A DNA stretch of 64,000 nt from Octopus bimaculoides (Eukaryota), in NCBI RefSeq assembly GCF_001194135.2, contig NC_068988.1, forward strand, positions 27,789,782 to 27,853,781, written 5' to 3'. Shown here piece after piece: positions 37,747 to 51,535 of this stretch. How positions within the stretch are numbered: position 1 is the stretch's first letter; the number at the start of each line of letters is the position of its first letter. The notes under the pieces are model-generated. The model had not been told where the DNA came from and searched no databases. It saw only the letters and a program-made list of their open reading frames with translations. The position numbers and the translations under genes were made by a program.

Positions 37747-40700
37747 TCATCACTTTGTCCCATGTTTTACTTGGGCTTTGTCTTCCACTTAGATCATTTC
37801 GCACCTCTTTACCCATCTGCCAATCTGTGGCCATACAGGGGCACTGCCTTGAAGGGTTTTGATAAAAAGGATTGACCCTAGAACTTATTATTAAACCTGG
37901 TGCTTATTCTATTGGTCTCTATGCAGAACCACTAAGTTGTAGAAACATAAACAAACCAACACCAGTTGTCAAGTGGTGGGTGTCAACACACAGACCCAAA
38001 GACCCTCCCTCCTTCTCTTTCTTTCCTTTACCCTCTCTCCCTCCTTCTCTCCTGCTCTCTCTCTCCCCCTCTCCTCCTCCCTCTCCCCTCTCTTCCTCTC
38101 AATATATACACACACACAATGGGCTTCCACATAGTTTTTATCAACCAAATTCACTCACAAAGCATTGGTTGGCCAAGGGCTGTAGTAGAAGATATTTGCT
38201 TAAGGCACTGCAGCATGGGGCCGAGCCTGAAAGTACACAGTTGCAAAGTGAACATCTCAACCACACAGCCAAGCCTGTACCAATAATAAGAATTTTTCCA
38301 CCTCTGAATTGTAGGTTCTTTCAAGGAAACCTGTACATCAGAGAATTCTCAAATTTGGAGTTATAACTCACCACAGGAGTGATGAGTGTCAATTGAATAG
38401 ATGCAGACAGATGCTTCTTGTGGCACATTTATTACTCTTCATTTCTTACTTGTTTCGGTTATGAGACTACAGCTATGCTGGGGAATTGTTTTGAAGAATT
38501 TTAGTCGACTGAATTGGCCCCAGTACTTACTAAGCTTGGTACCCAATCCATTGGTCACCTTTATTAAAACACCAATCTATGGGAACAAGCACAGACACAT
38601 ACATCATCGTCATCATCTTCATTGTCGTTTAACGTCCACTTTCCATGCTGGCATGGGTTGGACAGTTTGACTGGGGACTGGCAAGCCAGAAGGCTGCACC
38701 AGGCTCCAATCTGATCTGACAAAGCTTCTACAGCTCTATGCTCTTCCTAATGCCAACCACTCCAAGAGTGTAGTAGATGCTTTTTACATGCCACCAGCAC
38801 GAGGCCCAGTGAGGTGGTACTGTCATACTTGAATGGTGCTTTTTATGTGCCACTGGCATGGGATCCGGTCACGTGGCAGTGGCAACGACCACGCCACCAG
38901 TGTTATCCAAGGGAAGGGCAAAGGCCGATACAGCTTGGCACCAGTGACGTCCCAACTCATTTCTACAGCTGAGTGAACTGGAGCAATGTGAAATAAAGTG
39001 TCTTGCTCAAGAACACAACTCACAGCCTGGTCCAGGATTCGAACTCACAACCTCACAATCATAAACTCTATGCTCTAACCACTGAGCCATGCACCTTCAC
39101 AACCCCTACTCCCCTGACAACCCAACGAAAAGAAGAATATACACATGTATGAAAAGAACATATCCTGACAAACATTAATAAAGCTCACCTTCTTATATTA
39201 ATTATCTTCACACAATTAAGAGTACATAATGAATTTCCTTAATGTTTTAATGACCTTTTACAAATATTCTTGCTCCCACACACTCTGACGATGCTTTATG
39301 CTTTAATATGCTCTCTGATCATATTAACAGCTTAGTCCATCCATCCTTAACACTTATCTCAGGAAATTTAATACATACGCTCTACTAGCTAACTGACGAG
39401 TTTGTAAGAAAATATGAGCAACTTAATATAATATTGGTTAAAATGGTTTCTAGCTGTGTGCGTAACCAGCCATGAATATTTTCACAATCTTTTGACCCTG
39501 GCATCTCGTCTACTATTCTGATGATTCATATTTAGGACTAATTTATCCGTTTTATTTTACTTTATTATATTTTAGTTTGTTTCAGGTGTTGGATCATGGC
39601 CATGCTGGGGCATCACCTTGAAGGGTTTTTGTCGAACAAATCAATCCCAGGACTTTTTCTTTAAACCTAGTATTTATTTTATTGTCTATTGCCAAACTTC
39701 TAAGTTACAGGGACATAAACTCGCCAACACCGGTCTCAAGCAGTGGTGGGACGACACACACACACACACAAGCACACGTGCACGCAATACACGCACGAAC
39801 GTGCACACACACACGCACTCACGCACACACAGATACACACGCAGATACACACACACGCACACAAATACACACAGAAACATACACACACAAAGGGTTTCTT
39901 TCAGTTTCCATCTATCTAATCCACTCACATGACCACCACACCTGCACCTATTTATTCTATTGCTATCTTATATATGACGGGCTTCTTTCAGTTTCCGTCT
40001 ACCAAATTCACTCACAAGGCTTTGGTCAACCCGAGGCTATAGTAGAAGACACTTGCCCAAAGTGCCACGCAGTGGGACTGAACCCAGAACCATGTGATTG
40101 GTCAGCGAGTCACTTACCACACAGTCACCCAATATTCTCTTTGTCAATGATTTAGAAAGAAATGTCAATACCTGTTAGGCAGCTGACATTCGCTGCAGTG
40201 CATAACTAACAAGCTCGCTTGCTGTGCTGTGTTGGGGAAACATTTATGGAATTGATTTATTGCAAGATGTTGCATAAACTTGACTAATGNNNNNNNNNNN
40301 NNNNNNNNNNNNNNNNNNNNNNNNNNNNNNNNNNNNNNNNNNNNNNNNNNNNNNNNNNNNNNNNNNNNNNNNNNNNNNNNNNNNNNNNNNNNNNNNNNNN
40401 NNNNNNNNNNNNNNNNNNNNNNNNNNNNNNNNNNNNNNNNNNNNNNNNNNNNNNNNNNNNNNNNNNNNNNNNNNNNNNNNNNNNNNNNNNNNNNNNNNNN
40501 NNNNNNNNNNNNNNNNNNNNNNNNNNNNNNNNNNNNNNNNNNNNNNNNNNNNNNNNNNNNNNNNNNNNNNNNNNNNNNNNNNNNNNNNNNNNNNNNNNNN
40601 NNNNNNNNNNNNNNNNNNNNNNNNNNNNNNNNNNNNNNNNNNNNNNNNNNNNNNNNNNNNNNNNNNNNNNNNNNNNNNNNNNNNNNNNNNNNNNNNNNNN

Positions 40701-40869
40701 NNNNNNNNNNNNNNNNNNNNNNNNNNNNNNNNNNNNNNNNNNNNNNNNNNNNNNNNNNNNNNNNNNNNNNNNNNNNNNNNNNNNNNNNNNNNNNNNNNNN
40801 NNNNNNNNNNNNNNNNNNNNNNNNNNNNNNNNNNNNNNNNNNNNNNNNNNNNNNNNNNNNNNNNNNNNN

Positions 40870-41050
40870 CAGGCAAAATCTTAGTGGCATTTCGTCTGTT
40901 TTTATGTTCTGAGTTCAAATTTTATTGACGTCAGCTGCTTTTCATACTTTCAGGGTCGATAAATTGAGTACCAGTGAAACACGGGTTGATGTAATCAACT
41001 AGTCCCTTCCCAGCAAATATTTCAGGTTTTGTGCCTTCAGTAGAAAGGAT
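40870..41050 (+). mobile_element. Short SINE, family D (Meta-domain-like core)
   Basis: gttctgagttcaaat (B box) followed by gctttcatactttcagggtcgataaattgagtacc; copies at 9749-9950(-), 53690-53820(-) and a fragment at 18495-18540. Confidence 0.7.
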
Positions 41051-41716
41051 TATTATTATTATTATTATTATTATTGGCATTAGGAAGGGTATCCAGCTGT
41101 AGAAACTCTGCCAAATCAGATTGGAGCCTGGTGTCGCCTCCTGGTCCACCAGTCCTAAGTCAAATTGTCCAACCCATGCTAGCATGGAAAGTGGATGTTA
41201 AACGACGACGATGATGATTATTATTATTATTATTATTATTATTATTTTACTTCTTAGAGCACTTGGTTTTACTTGCTCTGGTTGATTCTGTGAGAGCAGA
41301 CAGCAACCTCTTGTCAGAGGTCTGACAGGGTCTCTTTCCACAAAATTATTATAGTACAGTTTATTCTGATATTATTATCAGGTCTGTAAGGGTGACACAA
41401 ATGGTAACATGCTGAGCAGCAATTAATTTTGTCGATTAATGATATAATTCAAATCCTGCCAATTAGCTTTGACATTACATTTTTATCCCACTGTTGGTCT
41501 GCAGAAAATATTAACAATATTCAGTTCAATAGACAACAGCTGCTCCAACACATCCTCTGTATGAGTGTGTGTGAGTGTGTGTGTACATATGTTACATTAT
41601 GCAATAAAAACTTATACAGAATCAAAAATTCACCAAGTACATGAGGTACCCCAAAACCCCAGCATCATAATGGACAAACACTACAACAACAACAAGACTT
41701 TTCAGTTTGTATATAG

Positions 41717-42275
41717 CAGTGGTTCTCAAACTTTTCAAAACATTTTACGTGCTGATTCCTTTACACTTTTTTCAATGATTTGCAGTCCCCTATGAAATGC
41801 AGGATAGTTAACATGAAAAATATAACATTCATGTGCCTTAATTTCCAGACTCTGAACCAGGATGAGAATGGGTGTCTGGCAAAGGGCAAGGTCTTGCAGG
41901 AACATGCACTGGTAAGGATAACAATGGCAAGAGACGTGCGAACATGTGGATTGCAATAGTGGAGTGGTGAATCACGTGAGCTTAGAATACTGAGAGCACA
42001 TACATGATCAACCATTATACCCACATATTTTCCATCAGCCAACCTCACATGTACAACAAGTGTGATTAGCAAATGAACGTGTAGGAGAGGCGTGGGGTTT
42101 CGAGGTCAACGACAAAAAAGGATGATAGCATGTGAAAAATAGAAAGTCTTGAAATTTTAAAACTTAACTGTCTCAAGCCACCCGTTTTTGTGATACTACA
42201 GTGTCCCATCGTGATCCCCTTAAGATCACATCATGATCTCGTAGGGGACTGCGGATCCCAGTTTGAGAACCACTG
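41717..42275. mobile_element. Non-autonomous hAT (Charlie-like) DNA transposon
   Basis: Perfect 16-bp TIR cagtggttctcaaact (41717-41732) / agtttgagaaccactg (42260-42275); 8-bp TSD gtatatag / gtatataa (7/8); subterminal inverted motif gcagtccccta / taggggactgc. Confidence 0.92.
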
Positions 42276-42514
42276 GTATATAAGATATTTGTTTTCTCTC
42301 CCACACTGTCAAACCTGGTTTGTTTTTTGTTTGGTGAAAGCTCTAATGGGAATGTTCGTTCTGTTGACACATGAATGTAATCAATATGAGAAATATTTTA
42401 GAAATATTTATTCCCAATGCAATCTTTCATATAATTAACCCTATATATTGTTTTAGCACCAACATCATGCTGAATGGAAAGTTCATCATTTGATGATAAC
42501 GTAGAGAAGTTGAT

Positions 42515-42556
<42 letters not shown>

Positions 42557-44137
42557 AAAGTTTAAAATTTTTACATTTGAGAGAGAGATTTGACGCTAAT
42601 ATCCATATCAATGTAATATATACATATATATGTGTGTGTGTGTGTGTGTAATATTTCTGACTGGTACGTTACATAAGCAACATTTTGGGTTCATTAATGC
42701 AGTTTATGAGCTTCACTACTTCTTTTTGTTGAATAGACGATACTTTCCAGTTAACACTTGTTTTGGGAATCGAAAAACATAACTTGAAACTCTCTCTCTC
42801 TTTCCCTCTCTCAAAAATATACCTGTATGCACACACACACATGCAAACATTCACTTATGTTTGTGTGTGTGTGTTTCTGCCTCATGGAATTACCAAATAA
42901 ATATACTGAAGAACAAAATGGTTGAACGATATCTGTAGTGTCAGTTGATCATACTTGGGAATCCAGCCAGGTGTAGCAATAGTTGCTTCTGATAGGACCC
43001 TATGACAGAAGTACCTGAGGGCTGTACCCTCGTGACCCTCCCAAGAACAGTAGGTGGCAAAAATGAAAAGGATGGATGGAAGATTTTCTTTATGAAATAT
43101 ATGTCACAAACTAGAACAAGTAATGTTTTCTCAATATTTCTAATTAATATCTTCCAAAATAATAATAGGTATAAGTGATTAAGAATAGTTTTAAAACATA
43201 ATCCTGTGCCTTTATAATCTACCAGTTGCCATCTAATTAAAAACTGCTGGTTTTGATAGGTGAAAGTATTTACAAAGATGTGTACTATAGAAAAAAATAT
43301 AAATAAAATACTTGTTAGGCTACTATATATCATCATCATCTCCACTTTTCCATGCTTGGATGGGTTAGAGTTTATTGAAGTAAATTTTCTATGGCCACAT
43401 GCCCTTGTCACCAGTTTCCAAGCAAGCTAATGTTTCCTCATGGCTGAACATGTTTCTGCAGACTATTGGAAAGGAACAACACTGCTTGTATGATAGTGAC
43501 ACTTGTTTACAACTATTATACCATAACAAGACGAGGAGACACAAGCATACACACATACATACATATTGTATACATGCAACAAGCTCTTTTCTTTTCTGTC
43601 TACCAAATCCACTCACAAAGCTTTTCTCAGTCAAGAGCTATAGTAGAAGACACTTGTCCAAGGTGTCATACCATGGGATTGAACCCAGAACCATGTGGTT
43701 GGGAAGCAGTGTGTGTTTGATTCTGTGTACACTGCGTGTGTGCACATGCACACATATGCCCAATGTAGGCATGGGTAACAACTAGCATCTATTAATTGTA
43801 ACTCTTGTTAGCTAGAAAGTATTGTTTCTAAGAAGTCTCTTCCTATTTTGACTAAACCACTAAACCGGCGCTCCATCGGTTTCGACGACAAAGGTTCCAG
43901 TTGATCCGATCAACGAAACAGCTGTCTTGTGAAATTAATGTGCAAGTGGCTGAGCACTCCACAGACATATATACCTTTAATGTAGTTTTCAGGGAGATTC
44001 AGTGTGACAGAATGTGACAAGGCTGGCTCTTTGAATTACAGGTACAACTCAGTTTTGCCAGCTGAGCGGACTGGAGCAACTTGAAATAAAGTGTCTTGCT
44101 CAAGGACACAATGCACTGCTGGGAACCAAACTCAAGA

Positions 44138-44180
<43 letters not shown>

Positions 44181-45584
44181 ATAATGTAGTTTAAAGAACA
44201 TTATTCCTGAATAAAAGCTGGGATGGTCATGATTAGAATGCCTTTGATTATACAGCAACTACATTGCTTTCTTTATATGTTGAGTAAGAGTATATGAATT
44301 CAACCTCCTATTGTACTTTTATTCTTGTTCACCTTATTTAGTCGCTAATAGTGTTGAGAAAAACATGTAATAGCTATCTATGTATCTTAATGTATATACC
44401 CCATTGATATATAGATAGCTATTTTCATTTGATACAATCTCAGTTGCTCATACTTGATATTATTTATGTTATGTGATATTTTCATTTCCTCTAAATATGG
44501 CAACTTGTATTTGTGGGAGAAATCTATAACATTACAATATAACAATCAAGAGAAAAATTCCAATACCATCAAAACATTGCATAAACTAACCAATCAAGAA
44601 TACAGTATTGTTGATTTGTAAGTATTGAACACTTACCCATAATAGCACGTCATGTGACTAGTGATGTCATTAGTGTTTGATCTTATAGAAGCTCAAAATG
44701 TTAAATAGAATCATGGCTATTCTGGTCATGAATTGAAATAAGTTGTCCAAATAGCTGTCTGTGTTGTTTCTCAACTCTCTAATGCCAATGGTTAATTATT
44801 CTTGATGTTTCAGATATTAGGCTTTTATTGGAAAGGAAAAAAAAGCCAAAATTGTAAGCTTAGGTGAAGCTCCTAGAATTCTTTTCATTTGAACAACATT
44901 ATTATATGCAAGCAATTAGATTTGGTGATTTGATGCAGAAAGCTCTTGGTTCTATGATGAAGAATCTGTTTTGAAGTGTTTGTATTTAAATTTTTAATTT
45001 TATGTGAGGAATTTCATTGTTCCAAATACAACTAAACAGAAAAGCTTGTTATATTACTAGATTGCTAAAAAAATGTTATTTTCTAAATTAATTGAAGCAT
45101 ATTGGTTAAATAAGCTGATATAAACCAATAAACAAGTCTTTCTCTGTATAATAATTATATAAACATTAAAGAGTTAATCTTTTCTTTGCATGATTTAATT
45201 TAACTATCCTAGTTTTTAATGGCTTCTCTTTGCACCCATTAAAACTAAATGGTGAAACTGAAATATTTACCAAGAGTCCATTATTTGTACTACACATATT
45301 ATATTCATCTGTCACTCGATGACATGTTCTGACACATCTTTCTCACTATCTTCTCTCTTTTCCAACTGGGATAACCATCCATATATCTCCCCCTACAGCA
45401 AGGCATCTATTTCTTCCCTTTGTTATACTTCAATCTCTCCCCACCTGGCATAAAACCACTTCCCCAATACTACACCCCAACTCAGTTGATTGGTTTTGTC
45501 TTATGAGTTACTTGGTGACCTCACTGCTAGTGCCAAGTAAAAAGTACCTAATACACTCTTAGAAGTAGTTAGTGTTAAGAAAGG

Positions 45585-46209
45585 TATAACGGTGATGTGT
45601 ATGAGGATAATGTGTGAGTGAATCAGATATGTACAACTTGAGATTGAAACTGAACTGGTAAGCGATGATTGCCATACATGAATTAACGTAGCATAACAGG
45701 TTATTACAAAGATTTGTGAGAGAACTTTGTGGTTAGGCTGGACTGTTGATGTTGTAGACATAGTCAACATTCTGTTGGTGGTGTGTAGAGGCAGCTGTTG
45801 GTCTGTTGGCCGTGTGATGTTCATACAGCAATTATGTAGACAGGTGTCTAGTGAAGATGAAAATGGAGACTGGCTGGTATCAGATACATCGTTGATGGAG
45901 ACAAGTTGCAAGTGTGGTCAGTGGTGAGTGCCAAAGACCTAGAACAGTTGAGAACTGCCATATTTATAGGGAATGGTGGGCTTTCAGAGGCTGGTAATTA
46001 ATTTCCCATTTAAGTAAAACTAAACTGTTGCACCCACGCGATTGGACAGCTGCAAGTTGACCAATACAAACAACAGGTTCGTTTAATCATGGGGTCATAT
46101 GACCGCTGGAACGAATAGGTCTTGTGGAGCTGATATTGGGGTATTTAAGCCTAGATGAATCAAAATGAAAACCTCTCACACAGTGGCAGTGTAAGCCACT
46201 TCTGCTACA
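45585..46209 (-). mobile_element. Solo-LTR-like insertion interrupting an old SINE
   Basis: Removing about 625 bp rejoins the SINE motif aagaaagg|gtatctagccatagaaacc. The minus strand starts TGTAGC and ends gttata, with CCAAT (46041-46045) upstream of TATAAATA (45961-45968). The TSD is ambiguous. Confidence 0.45.
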
Positions 46210-47099
46210 GTATCTAGCCATAGAAACCATGCCAAAGCTGACATTGGAGATTGCTGCTGTCCTCTGGCTCATCAGCTCCTGTCAATCTGTCCAACCCATG
46301 CCAGCATAGAAACAGATGTTAAATGGTGATAGTGATGATTCTTACAGCATGTTTATACTATTCCACTCTGCTTTATTTTTGTATTTGTTTACCTTGTAAT
46401 TTCTTTAATTCTCAACTTCCATAATATTAAATCCCCCCCCCCCTCTATTTTATACTTTCACTGCATATGTTTCATTAATTTGACACTTCTGATCAGACCA
46501 TGTTTAAGAACATCACTTAGAAGCACAACACTGATTATTTAAATACTTCTCTCCCAGGCTTTAATTATCAATCAGGTTACCAAGGCTACAGAATTTATCG
46601 ATTAAGAAACTGCACTATGAGAATAATTTTAGACCAACAAGCAAATGGCTCTCTTATAAAACTGGTCCCATGTGTTGAAAATAGAATTACTCGCTTTATT
46701 GTCATATAGAACACTTTGGCAAATGTATAGTAGACTTCTAATTGCACTCAACATTTTGTTCTGTCTACCAGACAAGGTGCAGTCATGTTAGGTTTGGATG
46801 TAGTTATTTAAATTGATCTTTCTACTCAACCAACAAATAAGTGGCTCTTATATAAATCAGGTTCCTTATGTCGGAGATAGTTGTTTTATTGTCATCTTTC
46901 TTTTATCTTTTACTTGTTCCAGTCATTGGACTGTGGCCATGCTGGGGCACTACCCTGAAGGGTTTTAGTCAACAAATCAAACAAATCCATCGCCAGTACT
47001 CTCATTTTCTTTAGTTTATTTTTTTTATAGTCTGTTATTCTATCAAACTCTTTTGCTGAATTGTTAAGTTACAGGGATGTAAGCAAGTCAACACCAGTT

Positions 47100-47160
47100 G
47101 TCACACAGTGGGGAAAGGGTCACACAGTGGGAAAAAGGTCACACAGTGGGGAAAGGGTCA
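47100..47160. repeat. 19-bp tandem repeat (gtcacacagtggggaaagg) x3 inside a family A SINE
   Basis: Units start at 47100, 47119 and 47138. Confidence 0.9.
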
Positions 47161-47384
47161 CACACACACACACACACAACAGATTTCCACACAGTTTATG
47201 TCTATGAAATTCATTCACAAGGCATTGGTTGACCCAGGGCTATAATAAAAGACACTTTTTCAAGGTGCTGTGCAGTGTGATTGAACATGAAACCGTATGG
47301 TTGTAAAGCAAGCTTCTTAATCACTTTAAGCAACCAAATAAGGTGAAAACCTACATTTCTTGAGGTTTTATCGAACCTTTTTTA

Positions 47385-47529
47385 TCAACAAGCTACCTGA
47401 AAGATACAAATGCAATGTGCTTAAAAACTTTGATAACCAGAGTACATAGAACAAATCTGATAAACATATTCCATCAATTGCCTTTGTAGTAATTTTTTGA
47501 AATTGTAAAGAGACTTTATGGACACCCTG
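47385..47529 (-). mobile_element. Tc1/mariner-type terminal fragment (one end only)
   Basis: Minus strand begins TA|CAGGGTGTCCATAAAGTC, a mariner-like TIR start after TA; no partner TIR was found. Confidence 0.5.
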
Positions 47530-47874
47530 TATATGCAAATATGTTGTATTTATTAACATTAAACTGAATCTTATGGTAGCTAGGTGGAACCACTCTGTTA
47601 TTTTTCATGTGTTTTGTTTTTATTTCATTGTTCCATAAATAAGTAAATTAATCTAATTCAATATCTCCCATTTTACAAAATAAATTCTTTGCAAGCTATG
47701 GCTCTTTTGTGAAATACCATTTAAATATTGATACGGAATTTCTCCATTTTAAATTGTAATTCTCTGAAAACATCAATTGGTTTTGAACATCGGTACCAGT
47801 AACTCTGTGGCCGGCCAAAGCAACTAATTTCTTTTATAGGCAATTAAACACTAAAAAGACAATTTTGTTTATAA

Positions 47875-48277
47875 GCAGGAGTGGCTATGTGGTAAGTAGC
47901 TTGCTTTGCTTACCAACCACATGGTTCTGGGTTCAGTCCCACTGCGTGGCACCTTGGGTAAGTAAGTGTCTTCTACTATACCCTTGGGCCGACCAAAGCC
48001 TTATGAGTGGATTTGGTAGACGGAAACTGAAAGAAACCCGTTGTATATAAGTATATATATATGTGTGTGTGTGTCTGCATTTGTCCCCCCTTCATCGCTT
48101 GACAACCAATGCTGGTGTGTTTACATCCCCGTAACTTAGCGGTTCGGCAAACAGTTCCGATAGAATAAGTACTAGGCTTACAAAGAATAAGTCCTGGGGT
48201 CGATTTGCTCGACTAAAGGTGGTTCTCCAGCATGGCCGCAGTCAAATGACTGAAACAAGTAAAAGAGTGAAAGAGTA
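47875..48277 (+). mobile_element. Full-length tRNA-derived SINE, family A (internal microsatellite, AAAAGAGT-type tail); representative of more than 20 copies in the window
   Basis: Head ggctatgtggtaagtagcttg...ggttcagtcccactgcgtggcaccttggg; 3' body catcgcttgacaacc...gcatggccgcagtcaaatgactgaaacaagtaaaagagt. Other copies at about 700-1100(-), 3510-3760(-), 5395-5545(-), 8604-8760(-), 14490-14700(+), 16555-16700(+), 20020-20395(-), 20780-20945(-), 30903-31310(+), 31440-31595(-), 37820-38280(-), 39575-40130(-), 43570-43710(-), 46895-47330(-), 49320-49590(-), 49945-50505(+), 53815-53965(-), 54405-54570(+), 56665-56830(+), 58125-58290(-). Confidence 0.9.
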
Positions 48278-48680
48278 AGCAAAAGGAATTTAGGAGTAGA
48301 CAGAATATTGGTTATACATATTTCATCAATTTGGCCAATCAGATTGTTAGGAGTTTTGAGTTTAGAAACTTGAAGCTTAAATTTAAAACAACAAAACATG
48401 AAATCTACTCTATATAGTTAGTTGTAGTAACTATTTAGAAACTGCGATGTGCTTTTCTGTATTGTTAAGTAGAAACTTAATAAACTTGAGTAGCCTCCCT
48501 TGGTACGTCATTCATTGCTTATGATTATTTTAGTTTGGTCGATTTTAATTGAAATGTGCTTTTGTTTCTTTACATAAACCTTATTTTAAATTTGTATACT
48601 GTGTTTATTTATTTTTTTTTTTTAATGGAAAGAGATTTTATTGCTATCTTGCTTAAATGCTAGTATTTTCAATTGTGCGT

Positions 48681-49065
48681 TTCTTATACTTGTTTCAGTC
48701 ATCTGACTGCGGCCATGCTGGAGCACCGCCTTCAGTCGAACAAATTGACCCCAGGACTTATTCTTCATAAGCCTGGTACTTATTCTATTGTTCTCTTTTG
48801 GCGAACTGCTAAGTTACCGAGACGTCAACACGCCAACATCGGTTGTCAAGCGATGGTGGAGGTGGGGACAAGCACACAATACACACATGCATACATACAT
48901 ATATGTACAATGGGCTTCTTTCTGTTTCTATCTACCAAATCCACTCACAAGGCTTATGTCGGCCTGAGGCTATAGTAGAAGATACTTGCCCAAGGTGCCA
49001 CACAGTGGGACTGAACCCGGAACCATGTGGTTGGGAAGCAAGCTTCTTACCACACAGTCACTCCT
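48681..49065 (-). mobile_element. Full-length SINE family A copy
   Basis: Reverse-complement match to 47875-48277. Confidence 0.9.
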
Positions 49066-50275
49066 ATGTCTGCATGTTTTGAAAACCTAATATCTAAAGA
49101 AGCATGTATTTATTTAATAGGGATTTCGTTAATAAAATTAAATGTGGCAAGATTTAAATCTGGAAATCTGATGCTGTAAAATAAATACAACCATGATTCA
49201 ATCTATCATTCTAAACAATGTACTCATAAGTTTTATAGTCTGGAAAATGCAGCTTGCTCTAGAATTTTGCTACTTTTATCTTTTCTTTCAATCATTGGAT
49301 TATGCCTTGAAATGTTTAGCCTAAGTCAGGTACTTAATCTGCCAGTCTTTTTTTACAGGGACATAAAGAAACCAACACCGGCTGTCAAGGGATGGCAGGA
49401 GTACAAGCACAAAAACACACACAGACATATACATACATGTGACAGTCTTTCACACTGTCTGAGTCCCAAATTCACTCACAAAGCATTGGTCAACCCAGGG
49501 TTAGAGTAGACATTTGCCCAAGGTTTTGCACAGTGGGACTGAACCTGAAACAATATGGTTGCAAAGCAAGTTTCTTAACCACATAACCATGTTTAATGAT
49601 AAACAAGTTTTTAAAATGCAAATTCGTGTTAAGTTTAATCAAATGAACAGTAGCCTACGTGACCAGTATCACATCAAAATTTATGGAAGTTTTTTTACTT
49701 GCTGATAAGAGACTTTGAAAAGCCAACTAAAAAAAAAAAAAATAAGTAAAAAAAAATTGAAGATTTTTATCTAAAAATTAAAAAAAACATACCTTTTTTT
49801 CACATCCTTCTTCCGTAATAGTGTTTTGTTTCGGTTGTTCAGCTACTGAATTCTCTCAGCAATACATGTTTATTAATTACATTGTTAATTACATTGTTAA
49901 TTACATTGTGTAGGGTTTTCCTTTTTTCTAAATTCTTTAGGCATGCGGGTGTGGTTGTATGGTTAAGAGGCTCACTTTCTTTTTGCAACCAGGTGGCCTC
50001 GAGTTCAGTCTCACTGTGTGGTGCATTGAGCAAGTGTCTTCTACTACAGCTCCAAGTCAGCCAATGCTTTGTGAGTGAATTTGATTGTCAGAAAATAAGT
50101 GTTGATGTGTGTGTGTATGTGTGTGTGTGTGTGTGTGTACGTGTGTGTGTTTGTATGTGTATGTATGTATGTTTGTGTGTATGTGTGTGTGTTTGTGCGT
50201 GTATGTGTATGTATGTGTATATGTGTATATCTATGCATGTATGTGTATGTATGTTTGTGTATGTATGTGTGTGTA

Positions 50276-50306
<31 letters not shown>

Positions 50307-51404
50307 ACGTTTGTCACCACTTGACAAACAGTGTCAGTGTGTTTACATCCCTGTAACTTAGCGATTTGGCAAAAGAGACTGATAGAATAAGTACTAGGCT
50401 TAAGAAACAAGTCCTGGGCTCAATTTGTTTGACTAAAAACCTTTCAAGGCAGTGCCCCAGCATGGCCACAATCAAATGACAGAAACAAGTCAAAGAATAA
50501 AAGAATATATATATATTGTGTGTGTTTGTTCCCCACTTCTGCTTGACAACTGATGTCACTTTTTTTATGTTCCCATAACTTAGAAGTTTGGCAAAAAGTG
50601 TTTAATAGAATAAGTTCAAGATTCTAGAAACTAAGTACTGTGATCCATTTGTTTGACTAAGCCTTTCTGGGTGGCTGCAGTCCAATGATCAAAATGAGTA
50701 AAGAGAATAATTTGGCTATATTTTCCATCTCATGATCATAACTTACTGTCTCTTTCATGAATTATATATGCTACTCTAGACTAAGGGACTTGGCATTGCT
50801 GGTTGAGTTTGCTTCAGAGCTACATGGTTCTAGGTTAAATTCTATTGAGAAGTATCTTACACAAATGTTTTTTATCATAGCCATGTGAGTGAAAAATGGT
50901 AGACAGGAACTGTGTAAAAGCTCATCAGATGGACTAAGAGTATGGGGGATGGTCTAAGAGTATGCAGTGATATTTTGGTACAGAACCCTTTTGATACCAA
51001 CCCGCCTGAATTAAAACCTTCCACCAAACCTTAGTCAAAATTTGTTCTTAACACTAGCTTAATGATAACTAAGTTAATTTACTAAAGTCATTGTTATATT
51101 TAATATATATTTTTAAATAATCGTACACTGGTGTAAAAGATTCTTTCTTTTCTTCCTTCTAGTAAATCAATAAAAAGTTATGTATATTGGGAGGGTCATT
51201 ATGCCAATAATAAACACATGCACTGATTTTATTTCACTTCTTTTATCATTATTAGTCAGTGTCCTATGATCACCATTTTTTGACCTCATCAATGACATGC
51301 CCTCTCTTCTCCAAATTCAAAAATGAAATACTTGATATTTTTCTCATCGTTTTATCTTGTCTTAATAATTTAATCACATCTTATATCTACATTGATAAAG
51401 TCAC

Positions 51405-51535
51405 CTGACAGTTTGCGTCCACTGTCTCACAGACAAGGACAGCTTTCAACAGGTGACATGACCACACGCTAATTCCAAGGCTCTCTGTTACGCTTCCACT
51501 TAATGTCATTTGGATATTTGCTTTACTAAATCTTT
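51405..51535 (-). CDS. Candidate coding exon (131 bp, phase 1 to 0)
   Basis: ttttcatgtttgtttaaatgccacag|...cag|gtgact; single open frame RFSKANIQMTLSGSVTESLGISVWSCHLLKAVLVCETVDANCQ. Confidence 0.3.

Noticed and set aside
39385-39415. ctgacgag...gaaa hammerhead-like core
   Set aside because: Stem II cannot form and no stem I/III partners were found; at best a decayed PLE end.
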